Numbered from the stretch's first letter, positions 1 through 10,067 are shown. The stretch is 44,830 nt of DNA from an uncultured bacterium (GCA_903842365.1 CAIMLU010000004.1:1-44830); one strand, 5' to 3'. Translations and numbers: made by a program. Notes: generated by a model not told the origin, from the sequence alone.

Positions 1-52
1 CCCCTCCTTTTTTATTGCCGAATCATGCACTGTTAGTTATTTATTCCTCCTC

Positions 53-61
53 TGCTACAAT
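53..61 (+). promoter_or_regulatory. extended -10 promoter element for pnp (TGcTACAAT)
   Basis: TGn-TACAAT about 100 nt upstream of the pnp ATG and just before the leader hairpin. Confidence 0.55.
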
Positions 62-84
62 AGAAACACTTACACATAATAAAA

Positions 85-153
85 GTGGTCTTTGGATAGG
101 CAGGTTTGAATCCGAAATAATTCGGTGTTTCAAGTCTGAAATCTGAAGGCCAC
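85..153 (+). promoter_or_regulatory. long pnp 5'-leader hairpin (candidate RNase III autoregulatory stem)
   Basis: GTGGTCTTTGGAT/ATCTGAAGGCCAC (13 bp), CAGGTTTGAA/TTCAAGTCTG (10 bp), CCGAA/TTCGG; multiple G.U pairs favour + strand RNA. Confidence 0.65.
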
Positions 154-163
154 CCTACACACA

Positions 164-2317
164 ATGCAAAGTAAAACATTTTCAACCGAATTGGGTGGTA
201 AAAAATTCGAAGCAATCTTTTCTAACCTCGCCGACCAGGCGCATGGATCAGTCATCGTCCGATATGGAGAAACAGCTGTTATGGCAACAGCAGTTATGTC
301 AGCGCAAGAAAAAAAAGGTGATTTCTTCCCACTCACTGTCGACTTCGAAGAGCGTTTTTATGCGGGTGGAAAAATTGCCGGCTCACGATTTGTACGAAGA
401 GAAGGTAGACCATCAGACGCAGCAATTTTGTCTGGCCGTATTATCGACCGAACTATTCGACCGCTTTTCGATGGGCGTATCCGAAATGAAGTTCAAGTTG
501 TTATGACTGTCCTTGCTCTTGGAACCGAAGATGTAAATGTCGCGTCAGTTCTCGCTGCATCACTTGCACTCTCGACATCTGACATTCCATGGAATGGGCC
601 AGTATCAGCAGCTCGTGTTGCTATCAAAAAAGGAACTGGTGATTTAGTTGTAAACCCAACGTACGTTGAAAAAGAAGGCGAACTCACCTTTGACCTCCTC
701 GCCTGTGGTAAGGATGGGATGATTAATATGATTGAAGTTGGTTCAGATGAAGTTCTTGAATCAGTAATCACAGCAGGACTCACCAAAGCGTCAGAAATAA
801 TTGAGACACTCCAGAAATTCCAAAACGAAATCATTAAAGAGATCGGTAAAGTAAAACGCGCTGTCACCATCAAAGAAATCAGTGCAGATGTCGTCGAGCT
901 TTTCAAAACAGAAATTGAACCAAAAATGTTTGAGTACGTTTTCAGCACGACGCCAGGTAAGGCTCGAATGGGGGAATTGGCGGTATTGTGGGATACACTT
1001 GTTGCTGAAAAACTACCTGACGCTGATGGTGGTCTTGCTGCTGCATATTTGGATAACAAGATAAATGACATCATCCACAAAGAGGCGATCGAAAATGGTC
1101 GTAGGGCTGATGGCCGTGGTATTGACGAGCTCCGCCCGCTCTTTGCTCGTGTTGGTGGCATCTCGAGTATGCTTCATGGTACAGGTATTTTCTATCGCGG
1201 GGGAACACATATATTATCTGTCGCAACACTTGGAGGTCCGCAAGATGCACAGTTAATTGATGGAATGGAAGGTGAAGAAATTCGTAGGTACATGCACCAC
1301 TACAACTTCCCTCCATTTTCAACAGGGGAGACAGGACGCATTGGTGGAACCAACCGTCGCATGATCGGTCACGGAGCACTCGCAGAAAAAGCACTCGTAC
1401 CAGTACTTCCAAGTAAAGAAGAATTTCCATACGTCATTCGCGTTGTCTCAGAAGCCTTTGCATCAAACGGATCAACATCAATGGGATCGGTATGTGGTTC
1501 AACGCTCTCACTTATGGATGCTGGTGTACCTATTAAAAAACCAGTTGCAGGTATTGCGTCAGGACTCATGATGGAAACCGTTGATGGAAAATTGAAATAC
1601 AAAGTACTTACTGATATCCAAGGACCAGAAGACCATCACGGCGATATGGATTTTAAAGTTGCAGGCACTCGTGATGGCGTCACCGCAATGCAGATGGATG
1701 TAAAAGTAGAAGGTGTTCCCGTGTATGTTTTGACTGAGGCGCTCGAAAAAGCAAAAGCTGCTCGATTTAAAATCCTCGACGTCATGACCGAAGCGATTCG
1801 TGCACCCCGTGAAGCAATTTCACCACACGCTCCTCAGATTGTTTCAATAAAAATTAAACCAGATCAAATAGGTCTCGTTATTGGTGGGGGAGGTAAAACG
1901 GTTAATGAAATTAGGGAAAAGACCGGCACAGAAATCGATATTGAAGACGATGGCACTGTTTTCATTACAGGAAAAAACGGTTCAGCAGACAAGGCACGTG
2001 CAATCATCGAAGAAATGACACGTGAGTATAAAATGGGTGATACTTTTACCGGTGAAGTTGTCCGTATCGTCGACTTTGGAGCCTTTGTCAAAATAAGCAG
2101 CCGCGCAGACGGACTTGTACATATTTCGGAAATTGCTCCATGGCGAGTTGAAAAAGTGACTGATTACCTCACAATAGGAGACAAAATACCTGTTATTGTC
2201 AAAGAAGTTGACGCCCTCGGACGCATCAGCCTCTCGATTAAACGTGTTGCACCGGAACAATTTAAAGATAAACGACCAGCCACTGTAGTCGAGACACCAA
2301 AGCCAGAAACGAAATAA
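164..2317 (+). CDS. pnp: polyribonucleotide nucleotidyltransferase (PNPase)
   Basis: FFPLTVDFEER, RREGRPS, HHYNFPPFSTGE, SNGSTSMGS, GDMDFKVAG; C-terminal KH and S1 domains. Confidence 0.98.
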   Translation: MQSKTFSTELGGKKFEAIFSNLADQAHGSVIVRYGETAVMATAVMSAQEKKGDFFPLTVDFEERFYAGGKIAGSRFVRREGRPSDAAILSGRIIDRTIRPLFDGRIRNEVQVVMTVLALGTEDVNVASVLAASLALSTSDIPWNGPVSAARVAIKKGTGDLVVNPTYVEKEGELTFDLLACGKDGMINMIEVGSDEVLESVITAGLTKASEIIETLQKFQNEIIKEIGKVKRAVTIKEISADVVELFKTEIEPKMFEYVFSTTPGKARMGELAVLWDTLVAEKLPDADGGLAAAYLDNKINDIIHKEAIENGRRADGRGIDELRPLFARVGGISSMLHGTGIFYRGGTHILSVATLGGPQDAQLIDGMEGEEIRRYMHHYNFPPFSTGETGRIGGTNRRMIGHGALAEKALVPVLPSKEEFPYVIRVVSEAFASNGSTSMGSVCGSTLSLMDAGVPIKKPVAGIASGLMMETVDGKLKYKVLTDIQGPEDHHGDMDFKVAGTRDGVTAMQMDVKVEGVPVYVLTEALEKAKAARFKILDVMTEAIRAPREAISPHAPQIVSIKIKPDQIGLVIGGGGKTVNEIREKTGTEIDIEDDGTVFITGKNGSADKARAIIEEMTREYKMGDTFTGEVVRIVDFGAFVKISSRADGLVHISEIAPWRVEKVTDYLTIGDKIPVIVKEVDALGRISLSIKRVAPEQFKDKRPATVVETPKPETK

Positions 2318-2381
2318 TCTATATAAACGCTCGGTTGAAGCACAAAAACAAGTTATCGCGTATAATGAAACAACTTACGCT

Positions 2382-3782
2382 ATGGATCCTCAGAACAAAC
2401 CCCAAAAACCAACAGAACAAGCTGACGTCGCTGGACTTGAAAGCGAGGGTGTTGAGATTGTGTCTGATATAGGAGACGAAGACACCGGCCCAAAGCAAAC
2501 ACTCGAAAAAACCCAAGACGATTTACGTGAGACGCTTGCAGAAATAGAGAACGGAGACAGCGACATTTTTGCAAAAGCAAACGCTGTTCCAGCTACCGAC
2601 CCAGGAAGACCTACTGATTCAAAAGCGCCGAAAATGTACTCAGGCGCTTCACCATTTATTGCACCCAAAGAAGAACCTCGTAAGGCTCCTCTGCCTTTTG
2701 TCGCGGCACCACACGAAGGGGCGCTCTCGAGCACGGGAGGTAAGATACTTGGCACCGGACCAGCGGAAGGATTAAAGAGGCCAGTTATCGGAGCGGGTGG
2801 AAAAATAAACCTTCAAAATGCAATCGAAGGGATGCTTGGTAATACCGTCAAACCAACAGAGATACCAAGGACAGTTGTTGAAGAGCAAAAGAAAGCGTTC
2901 GAAAACTTCAACACCACCAACGATCCATCCATAAAGGCAATCCATACGTATCAATCTGACACCAAAGAAATGGTTACGACTCAGAGCATCTCGGTTGCGA
3001 AAATGGCCCTCGCAGAAGCCCGCAAAAATGAATCTGAAGGAACACCGATCGAGTACATCGACGAAGAAAAAAGAATATACAGAAAAAAAATCTTACTTGT
3101 AACACTGTCGTTCTCCCTTGTTTTTATTGGCATTGGGGCTATGGCGTATGTGTATATAACATACATTAACCCAGCACCACTCCCCACTGTAGTAAGTGTC
3201 ACCAACGTGCAATCTATTATTGAATCAGAAAAATCACAAAACGTTGATATAACAAACTCATATAGTCCGATACAGTCATTCGCAAACACGATAAGCACAC
3301 TACCAAGTAATCAAGGGATCGTAGAGAATATTAATCTCATTAAAAAAATTGATGCAGGAGAACGACTTTCCACAACTGATGAAATATTTGGAGGCAACAA
3401 CACCTCAATACCTTTTCGTGTTCTTAAAAATATTGAAGACAATAAAGTAATGTTCGGTGCACTTGTCCTCCGAAGCTCGACACCGTTTATTGTATTTAAA
3501 ATATCCTCGTTCTCGAATGCGTGGGCAGGGATGCTTGAGTGGGAAAAGACTATTGCAAAAGATCTAGAACCAATAATACGTGTAAACCGCCCTGATGCCT
3601 CAATCTCTGGTGGATTTATTGACGAGGTTATATCAAACAAAGACGCTCGTATTATTAAAGATGAACAAGGCGACATACTTCTCTATTCCTTCATTGACTC
3701 TAACACGCTCGTTATTACCACCTCGCGATCAGTTCTCAAAGAATTAGTTCGACGAGTCACGTCAGCAACAATTATTCAGTAA
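2382..3782 (+). CDS. hypothetical single-pass membrane protein (disordered N-terminus, TM near aa 237-260, extracytoplasmic C-terminal domain)
   Basis: 466-aa ORF; TATAAT at 2361; hydrophobic ILLVTLSFSLVFIGIGAMAYVYI. Confidence 0.8.
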   Translation: MDPQNKPQKPTEQADVAGLESEGVEIVSDIGDEDTGPKQTLEKTQDDLRETLAEIENGDSDIFAKANAVPATDPGRPTDSKAPKMYSGASPFIAPKEEPRKAPLPFVAAPHEGALSSTGGKILGTGPAEGLKRPVIGAGGKINLQNAIEGMLGNTVKPTEIPRTVVEEQKKAFENFNTTNDPSIKAIHTYQSDTKEMVTTQSISVAKMALAEARKNESEGTPIEYIDEEKRIYRKKILLVTLSFSLVFIGIGAMAYVYITYINPAPLPTVVSVTNVQSIIESEKSQNVDITNSYSPIQSFANTISTLPSNQGIVENINLIKKIDAGERLSTTDEIFGGNNTSIPFRVLKNIEDNKVMFGALVLRSSTPFIVFKISSFSNAWAGMLEWEKTIAKDLEPIIRVNRPDASISGGFIDEVISNKDARIIKDEQGDILLYSFIDSNTLVITTSRSVLKELVRRVTSATIIQ

Positions 3783-3788
3783 AAAAAT

Positions 3789-3826
3789 AAAAACCACCTC
3801 ATACTACCGTTTGAAGTGGTTTTTTT
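3789..3826 (+). terminator. intrinsic terminator
   Basis: AAAACCACCTCA...TGAAGTGGTTTT followed by a T-run. Confidence 0.6.
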
Positions 3827-3918
3827 AGATTTACCTAATTCAAAAAAGTTTTCCAATTTGCAAACAAGTAATCACCCTTGTATCATGGTGGTGTTAAGAA
3901 AATAACTAAACACTGATC

Positions 3919-4281
3919 ATGATAGATATTACGAAATACGAAAAAGCTCTCCGTGCCGAACTCGAAACACTTGAAACTGAACTCAAGTCAGTGGGACACA
4001 TAAATACAGATAACCCAGGTGATTGGGAATCAGACGCAAAAGACGTTGATATTAATACATCGGATGAAGCTGACATTGCCGATAACATTAATGCATATGA
4101 ATCAAACACTGCACTCTTAAAACAATTTGAGGTACAGTACAACGACGTCAAGTCCGCACTTGAACGTATTACAAAAGGAACATACGGTTTTTGTGAAGTG
4201 TGTAAAAATCCGATTGAAGCAAAGAGGTTAAGTGCAAATGCAGCAGCACGCACCTGCCTCGAACATATGGATCAGAAATAA
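3919..4281 (+). CDS. TraR/DksA family zinc-finger transcription regulator
   Basis: coiled coil with DEADIA tip motif; ALERITKGTYGFCEVC...I...RL...ARTCLEH. Confidence 0.92.
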   Translation: MIDITKYEKALRAELETLETELKSVGHINTDNPGDWESDAKDVDINTSDEADIADNINAYESNTALLKQFEVQYNDVKSALERITKGTYGFCEVCKNPIEAKRLSANAAARTCLEHMDQK

Positions 4282-4283
4282 AT

Positions 4284-5801
4284 ATGGGATTCTCAAAAGT
4301 CCGCAGCGCACAGATTTCGATGCTCGATGCTCATATCATCGATGTTGAAACCGACACCGCTCGCGGACTTTTTGCATTCTCGATTGTTGGTCTTCCTGAT
4401 AAGGCAGTAGAAGAATCACGTGATCGCGTCTCTGCGGCACTCAAAAATTCTGGATTTGAATCACCGAAATCATCTAACAAAAAAATAATAGTATCACTTG
4501 CACCAGCGCATGTGAAAAAAGAAGGCTCAGCTTTTGATGTAGCAATCGCCCTCGGTTATTTGCTTGCAGAAGAAATTATTACCTGTGACCCGGAAGGAAA
4601 ATTGTTTCTTGGTGAGCTATCCCTTGATGGAAAAGTCCGACCGATACGCGGAGTGCTTCCACTCGTCGCAAAAGCAAAAGCTTTGGGTTTCAAAGAAGCC
4701 TATGTGCCAAAAGAAAATGCAGATGAGGCGGCAATAGTGGAAGGCATAACCATCTATTCAATAGACGCACTTACTGACATAACAAATCATCTCGAGAGGA
4801 AAAAACATCTTGAGAAACACGTACGCGCAAATGCTCATTCAAAAATTGACCACGATGCTGATGTTGGAGACATCGCAGGAAACGAACATGCGAAACGTGC
4901 AATCACCATAGCGGCGGCAGGTGGTCATAATATTCTTCTTTATGGGCCACCTGGAACAGGTAAAACAATGCTCGCCCGTGCCCTTGCGTCAATCCTCCCA
5001 CCATTCTCATTCGACGAAATGCTTGAGGTAACAGGTATACACTCAATCGCAGGCACCCTTATAAAAAACACGGTAGACACGCCACAAATCAGGTCACCGC
5101 ACCACACGTCTTCATATGTTGCACTTGTTGGAGGGGGAACAACACCACGGCCAGGGGAAGCAACACTTGCTCACCGAGGAGTACTCTTTCTTGATGAATT
5201 TCCTGAATTCGACCGTAAGGTTATTGAGGCTCTCAGAGAACCTCTTGAGGAAGGGTTTGTAACAATTTCACGCGCAAAAGGCACAGCAAAATTTCCAGCA
5301 CGATTTATGCTCGTTGCGGCAATGAACCCATGTCCATGTGGTAATTTTGGAATAAGTGGTAAAAAATGTGTGTGTTCACCACTTTCAATTGAACGGTATA
5401 AAAAGAAAATATCAGGGCCAATTATTGATCGTATTGATATGTTTATCGAAGTTTCAAAAGTATCGCACGGTGCTGTCATCGACCACAGACGAACAGAAGG
5501 TGAAAGTGACACACTACGCAAAATAGTGACCGAAGCACGAAACAGCGCATTGAAACGAAACGGTAAACCAAACCGAGATATATCCACAAAAGAAATTGCA
5601 GCACAAACACATTTAACAAATTCAGCAAAACAAATTCTCGAGTTATCCGCACAGAAACTCGACCTATCAGCACGGGCATGTCATAGAATTATGCGACTTG
5701 CTCGCACAATCGCTGATATGGAATCAGTCAACGATGTTTCAGATAAACATATTCTCGAAGCACTTCAATACCGACCAAAACACGATTTCCTTTCCATGTA
5801 A
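4284..5801 (+). CDS. comM: YifB/ComM family Mg-chelatase-like AAA+ ATPase
   Basis: IVGLPDKAVEESRDRV, GELSLDG, GPPGTGKTMLAR, LAHRGVLFLDEFPEF, AAMNPCPCG. Confidence 0.95.
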   Translation: MGFSKVRSAQISMLDAHIIDVETDTARGLFAFSIVGLPDKAVEESRDRVSAALKNSGFESPKSSNKKIIVSLAPAHVKKEGSAFDVAIALGYLLAEEIITCDPEGKLFLGELSLDGKVRPIRGVLPLVAKAKALGFKEAYVPKENADEAAIVEGITIYSIDALTDITNHLERKKHLEKHVRANAHSKIDHDADVGDIAGNEHAKRAITIAAAGGHNILLYGPPGTGKTMLARALASILPPFSFDEMLEVTGIHSIAGTLIKNTVDTPQIRSPHHTSSYVALVGGGTTPRPGEATLAHRGVLFLDEFPEFDRKVIEALREPLEEGFVTISRAKGTAKFPARFMLVAAMNPCPCGNFGISGKKCVCSPLSIERYKKKISGPIIDRIDMFIEVSKVSHGAVIDHRRTEGESDTLRKIVTEARNSALKRNGKPNRDISTKEIAAQTHLTNSAKQILELSAQKLDLSARACHRIMRLARTIADMESVNDVSDKHILEALQYRPKHDFLSM

Positions 5802-5838
5802 CAAAAAAACTCTATACCCTATAGAGTTTTTTTGTTAC
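5798..5838. terminator. bidirectional terminator (perfect 19-bp inverted repeat spanning both stop codons)
   Basis: GTAACAAAAAAACTCTATA-CCC-TATAGAGTTTTTTTGTTAC between convergent genes. Confidence 0.85.
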
Positions 5839-6824
5839 TGAAATGGGTTTCGGGCACCACGCACTTCAAAGTGGAGATGAGGTCCTGTTGATTTTCCTGT
5901 ATTTCCAAGAGCACCAATCAGATCGCCTTGATTTACAACATTACCCACAGTAACCCCAACCACACTCATGTGACTATAGAGCGTCTGTGTTCCGTTCGGA
6001 TGGCTTATAACAACATATTTTCCATACCCACCGTTATAACCAGAATCACGAGCAACAATAACCGTACCGGCAGCAGCTGCGAGAATAGGGGATCCAATTG
6101 GCACACCCGCAAAATCAATACCATTATACCCGTGGAGACCTTGAGTTTTAACACCTCCAACAAGGGGGCGGCCGTAGTATCCTTCATAATCAGGACCTGA
6201 TCCACCACGATAAGGGTTGGTGTACGTGGATTTTTTTGTTGCGGGAGTAACAATCATCGGCATTTCACCATCAGGGACAACCACTGTTGAGTTAATAACA
6301 AGTGTTGATGATGCAACAATGTCATTGAAACGCATAATATCATCGATATCAGCTTTATACTTCTTTGCAATCGATCCGATAGTATCACCCTTCTTCACGA
6401 TATGACTAATACCCGTAACTGGAAGTATAACAAGTACATCGCCTTCTTTTATTTTTCTACCAACCAAATCATTGGCCCAAGTAATGGTGTTAATTGATAC
6501 TTTAAACATCTTGGCAATATCACCAAGAGAATCGCCTTTGTGTACGGTGTAGACACTAATCGCGGTTGATTTGATATCCTCTACATCGACAATAGTTCCA
6601 ACAACGCCGGCATCTGGCATAAGCGCAACGTCATCAATAATAGAAACATCTGGTGTTTCTATTGCATCGGGGTCTATTGTATGTGCCGCAGCCAAGACGT
6701 GCATTGAACGAACAGAAATAGGTACGCTATCAACCTGAAGAGCCTCATTCGCATGAGGTCCAAATAAGTCAGATATAAAAGAAAACATTCCCGCATGGAC
6801 GACATAGGGGAAAGAAAAAGCCAC
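5835..6824 (-). CDS. LysM x2 + M23 metallopeptidase; true start possibly ATT at 6911
   Basis: YTVHKGDSLGDIA and HIVKKGDTIGSIA LysM repeats; HGYNGID, YSHM, GKSTGPHLHFEV M23 motifs; frame is open upstream to the stop at 6918-6920. Confidence 0.93.
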   Translation of the reverse strand: MAFSFPYVVHAGMFSFISDLFGPHANEALQVDSVPISVRSMHVLAAAHTIDPDAIETPDVSIIDDVALMPDAGVVGTIVDVEDIKSTAISVYTVHKGDSLGDIAKMFKVSINTITWANDLVGRKIKEGDVLVILPVTGISHIVKKGDTIGSIAKKYKADIDDIMRFNDIVASSTLVINSTVVVPDGEMPMIVTPATKKSTYTNPYRGGSGPDYEGYYGRPLVGGVKTQGLHGYNGIDFAGVPIGSPILAAAAGTVIVARDSGYNGGYGKYVVISHPNGTQTLYSHMSVVGVTVGNVVNQGDLIGALGNTGKSTGPHLHFEVRGARNPFQ

Positions 6825-6882
6825 TCCTAACGTAATAAGTGTAAAAAACCTTGCATATGAGCCCTTTTTCGAATATTTAGAA

Positions 6883-7090
6883 GAAGGGGTATGTGGAACG
6901 AGTCCTGTAATATTTTTTTAAGTTACTCTGACCTACTGATTTTCAGACAATATGGCTTTGTTAAGCCATGGAAATATCGGAATATGCCTCAACACCCCTT
7001 CACTATACCTTTTATAGGTCGAGGGTCAACCGCTGCATACCCACCCTTTGTCCACATGCTAAAAAAAGGCTCAATCAAGCCATTATTATA
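6883..7090 (-). promoter_or_regulatory. TATAAT promoter (7085-7090) and structured 5' leader of the M23 gene
   Basis: GAAGGGGUGU/AUACCCCUUC closing helix, AUGGCUU/AAGCCAU and UCUGA/UCAGA hairpins, GAUAUUU/AAAUAUU helix. Confidence 0.5.
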
Positions 7091-7128
7091 CAATTTGATG
7101 GTGAGGGCTGGGGTGGTATAGTTGTCCC

Positions 7129-9072
7129 GTGCATTATCTTGAAACACTCAACCAAAAACAACGCGAAGCGGTAGAAGCAACTGAAGGACCACTCCTCATC
7201 CTTGCCGGAGCGGGAGCGGGAAAGACAAAAACACTTACCCACAGGATGCTCCACTTGATTCACAAAGGAGTAACACCTGGAAAAATACTTGCAATTACTT
7301 TTACCAACAAAGCTGCTAAAGAAATGCGGGAACGTGTTGGATTACTCATTGAACAAGACCCTTCTCTCAACCTACCCATCTCGTTTGACGAGCGACCATT
7401 CGTCTCAACTTTTCATTCACTAGGTGTCCATATTATACGATCGGAAGCACAAACACTTGGACTACCACGTATGTTTTCAATTTTTGATCGAAGTGATAGC
7501 AAACGCGCGATCAAAGAAGCTCTCGAACAACTTGGATACGATACCAAGGAGTTTGAACCAAACGTTGTTCTTTCAATCATATCGAAGGAAAAAGGACTAG
7601 GAGTAACCCACACAGAATACGGACAGCAGGCCGCAACGAGTTTTATGAGCGACCTTATTAAAAATGTCTGGAGGCTCTATGAAGAACGTCTCAAAAAGGA
7701 AAAAGCGCTTGATTTTGACGACTTACTTCTTAAGACGCTCAAGCTGCTTACTGAAAATACACAGGCACGGGAACGATGGCAAAATACATGGGACTACGTC
7801 CACGTTGATGAATATCAAGACACAAACAAAGTACAGTACCTCATCATGCGAGCACTTGTTGGAGATAGGAATAATATTTGTGTTGTGGGTGATGTTGATC
7901 AAAACATCTACAGTTGGCGTGGCGCGGATATTAAAAATATCCTAAATTTTGAACGTGATTTTCCAAAATCACAAATGATTCTTCTCGAAGAAAACTATCG
8001 TTCATCGAAAACAATCCTCGATGCAGCAAACGCAATCATCAAGAAAAACAAAAATCGATTTGATAAAAATTTATTCACCCAAAAAGGTGTAGGGGAGAAG
8101 ATAGCAGAATATGAAGCTTATGATGGCTCTGATGAGGCACGTTTTGTTGCTGATGAAATAAAAAAACTTGTCGATTCAGGGACAAGACCCGAGGAAATTG
8201 CAGTACTCTACCGCGCCAATTTCCAATCACGAGCAATTGAAGAAGCGTTCCTTGAACGAAATGTTCCCTACCAAGTTCTTGGCACCAAGTTCTTTGATCG
8301 AAAGGAGGTAAAAGATACATTGTCGTTCCTGAGAGCTGCAATGAACCCTGATTCACTTTCTGACATATCACGTGTCATCAACGTACCACCCCGTGGTATT
8401 GGTAAAGCAACCATTGCAAAAATATTTTCAGGGAGCGGTGAGACCCTCACCGGCACAACTGCAAAAAAATGGGAGGATTTCAAACGAATGCTCGAGGTAA
8501 TTAAAACCTCTGCTGAAACTGAAAAACCGTCTGATGTCCTGAAAAAAATTATTGAAATTACAGGCCTTGAAAAAGCATTCCTTGAATCTGGAACCGAAGA
8601 AGATGTCGAACGAGTAGGAAACATGAAAGAACTTGTGACCCTTGCGACCAAGTACGATGCATTACCACTTCTGACAGGTATTGAAAAGCTTCTCGAGGAT
8701 GCGTCGCTCCATAGCGATCAAGACGATTTAGAAGAGACACAACAAGCAACGCGCATGATGACCGTCCACTCTTCGAAAGGACTCGAGTTTGACGCAGTGT
8801 TTATTGTTGGCCTCGAACAAGACCTCTTCCCACACAAACCGATGGATAGAGATGCAAAACGAGACAATGAAGAAGAGAGGCGATTGTTTTACGTCGCAGT
8901 CACACGAGCACGAAAGAAACTGTACCTTTGTCATGCAAGTGTCCGAACTATCTATGGGTCACGTGAATTTACCGCGCCATCAGAATTTCTCTTTGACGTC
9001 CCACCAGACCTGATTCACAAAGAAGAGCGGGTTGAAACAGGAAGGGGGAGGGTTATTTATTTAGAGCTCTAA
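7129..9072 (+). CDS. pcrA: UvrD/PcrA ATP-dependent DNA helicase
   Basis: AGAGAGKT, AITFTNKAA, VDEYQDTN, LEENYRS, MTVHSSKGLEF, EERRLFYVAVTRA; TGgTATAGT 6 nt before GTG (leaderless). Confidence 0.96.
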   Translation: MHYLETLNQKQREAVEATEGPLLILAGAGAGKTKTLTHRMLHLIHKGVTPGKILAITFTNKAAKEMRERVGLLIEQDPSLNLPISFDERPFVSTFHSLGVHIIRSEAQTLGLPRMFSIFDRSDSKRAIKEALEQLGYDTKEFEPNVVLSIISKEKGLGVTHTEYGQQAATSFMSDLIKNVWRLYEERLKKEKALDFDDLLLKTLKLLTENTQARERWQNTWDYVHVDEYQDTNKVQYLIMRALVGDRNNICVVGDVDQNIYSWRGADIKNILNFERDFPKSQMILLEENYRSSKTILDAANAIIKKNKNRFDKNLFTQKGVGEKIAEYEAYDGSDEARFVADEIKKLVDSGTRPEEIAVLYRANFQSRAIEEAFLERNVPYQVLGTKFFDRKEVKDTLSFLRAAMNPDSLSDISRVINVPPRGIGKATIAKIFSGSGETLTGTTAKKWEDFKRMLEVIKTSAETEKPSDVLKKIIEITGLEKAFLESGTEEDVERVGNMKELVTLATKYDALPLLTGIEKLLEDASLHSDQDDLEETQQATRMMTVHSSKGLEFDAVFIVGLEQDLFPHKPMDRDAKRDNEEERRLFYVAVTRARKKLYLCHASVRTIYGSREFTAPSEFLFDVPPDLIHKEERVETGRGRVIYLEL

Positions 9073-9094
9073 AAAAGCAGAGAGTGGCATACAG

Positions 9095-9136
9095 AAAAAG
9101 AGAGGGGTTTTGCTTCGCAAAACCCCTCTCTTTTTT
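9095..9136 (+). terminator. intrinsic terminator
   Basis: AAAAAGAGAGGGGTTTTGC-TTC-GCAAAACCCCTCTCTTTTT. Confidence 0.85.
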
Positions 9137-9241
9137 CCACACACACCTCCAACAATCAATGTTTTTGTTATTAACTGTAACGCATCAACCTTAGCCATCG
9201 GTTTGCCTTTCCTATTAAAATCGAATACCGTAGAGTTATTC

Positions 9242-10027
9242 ATGTTTGCAAAAAAATCACTTGGACAAAATTTCCTCCACGATGAAAGCGCCCTTCGGGC
9301 AATCGTTGAGGCTGGAGATGTACAAGCGGGGGACCATATCCTCGAGATTGGACCAGGACTCGGAGCGCTTACTAAAAAACTCCTTGCAACTGGAGCACGT
9401 ATTGTTGCTATTGAAAAAGATGATCGACTTATAGCAATCCTCAATGAAACATTCAAAGTAGAAATTGAAAACAAAACATTCACCCTTATACATGGTGACG
9501 CGCTTGAGGTTGATATAAAGAAACTTGGTTTTAAAAATAATGCATACAAGTTAATTGCCAATATTCCCTACTACATAACAGGGCAAATCCTCAGGCAGTT
9601 TACCGAAAACACACCACGACCAACATGTGCCGTGATGATGGTTCAAAAAGAGGTCGCTGAACGAGCTGTTGCACGAGATGGAAAGGAAAGTATTCTATCG
9701 ATGTCGATCAAAGCATTTGGAGACCCAAAAAAAATTAAAACGGTCCCGCGTGGAGCGTTCAACCCCGCACCAGGTGTTGATTCAGCAATACTCCTGATCA
9801 AAGACATCTATCCACGTTTTGAAAAACAAGAGGAACAAGAGCTTTTTTTTCTTCTCATGAAAGCAGGTTTTGCTGCAAAACGAAAAATGCTCGCACCAAA
9901 CCTCCGGGAGGTTACGACCAACCCACACACACTACTTGTAAATGCAGGTCTCTCTGAAAAAGTGAGGGCTGAAGACTTACACCTTGAAGATTGGAAAAAA
10001 ATTATTTACTACGCGGCAGGTAAATAG
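9242..10027 (+). CDS. rsmA: 16S rRNA dimethyladenosine transferase
   Basis: KKSLGQNFL, LEIGPGLG, ANIPYYIT, MVQKEVAER; start moved to ATG 9242 (TTGCCT-17-TACCGT upstream). Confidence 0.96.
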   Translation: MFAKKSLGQNFLHDESALRAIVEAGDVQAGDHILEIGPGLGALTKKLLATGARIVAIEKDDRLIAILNETFKVEIENKTFTLIHGDALEVDIKKLGFKNNAYKLIANIPYYITGQILRQFTENTPRPTCAVMMVQKEVAERAVARDGKESILSMSIKAFGDPKKIKTVPRGAFNPAPGVDSAILLIKDIYPRFEKQEEQELFFLLMKAGFAAKRKMLAPNLREVTTNPHTLLVNAGLSEKVRAEDLHLEDWKKIIYYAAGK

Positions 10028-10029
10028 AA

Positions 10030-10065
10030 GGCAAAAAAATACTCCGAAACGGAGTATTTTTTGTC
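10030..10065. terminator. bidirectional terminator
   Basis: AAAAAATACTCCG-AAA-CGGAGTATTTTTT between convergent genes. Confidence 0.85.
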
Positions 10066-10067
10066 TT

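Noticed and set aside
7048-7056. DnaA box-like TTGTCCACA in the M23/pcrA spacer
   Set aside because: A single one-mismatch 9-mer is expected by chance.
6883-7080. c-di-AMP (ydaO) riboswitch or T-box
   Set aside because: Consensus elements were not recognised; kept only as an unclassified structured leader.
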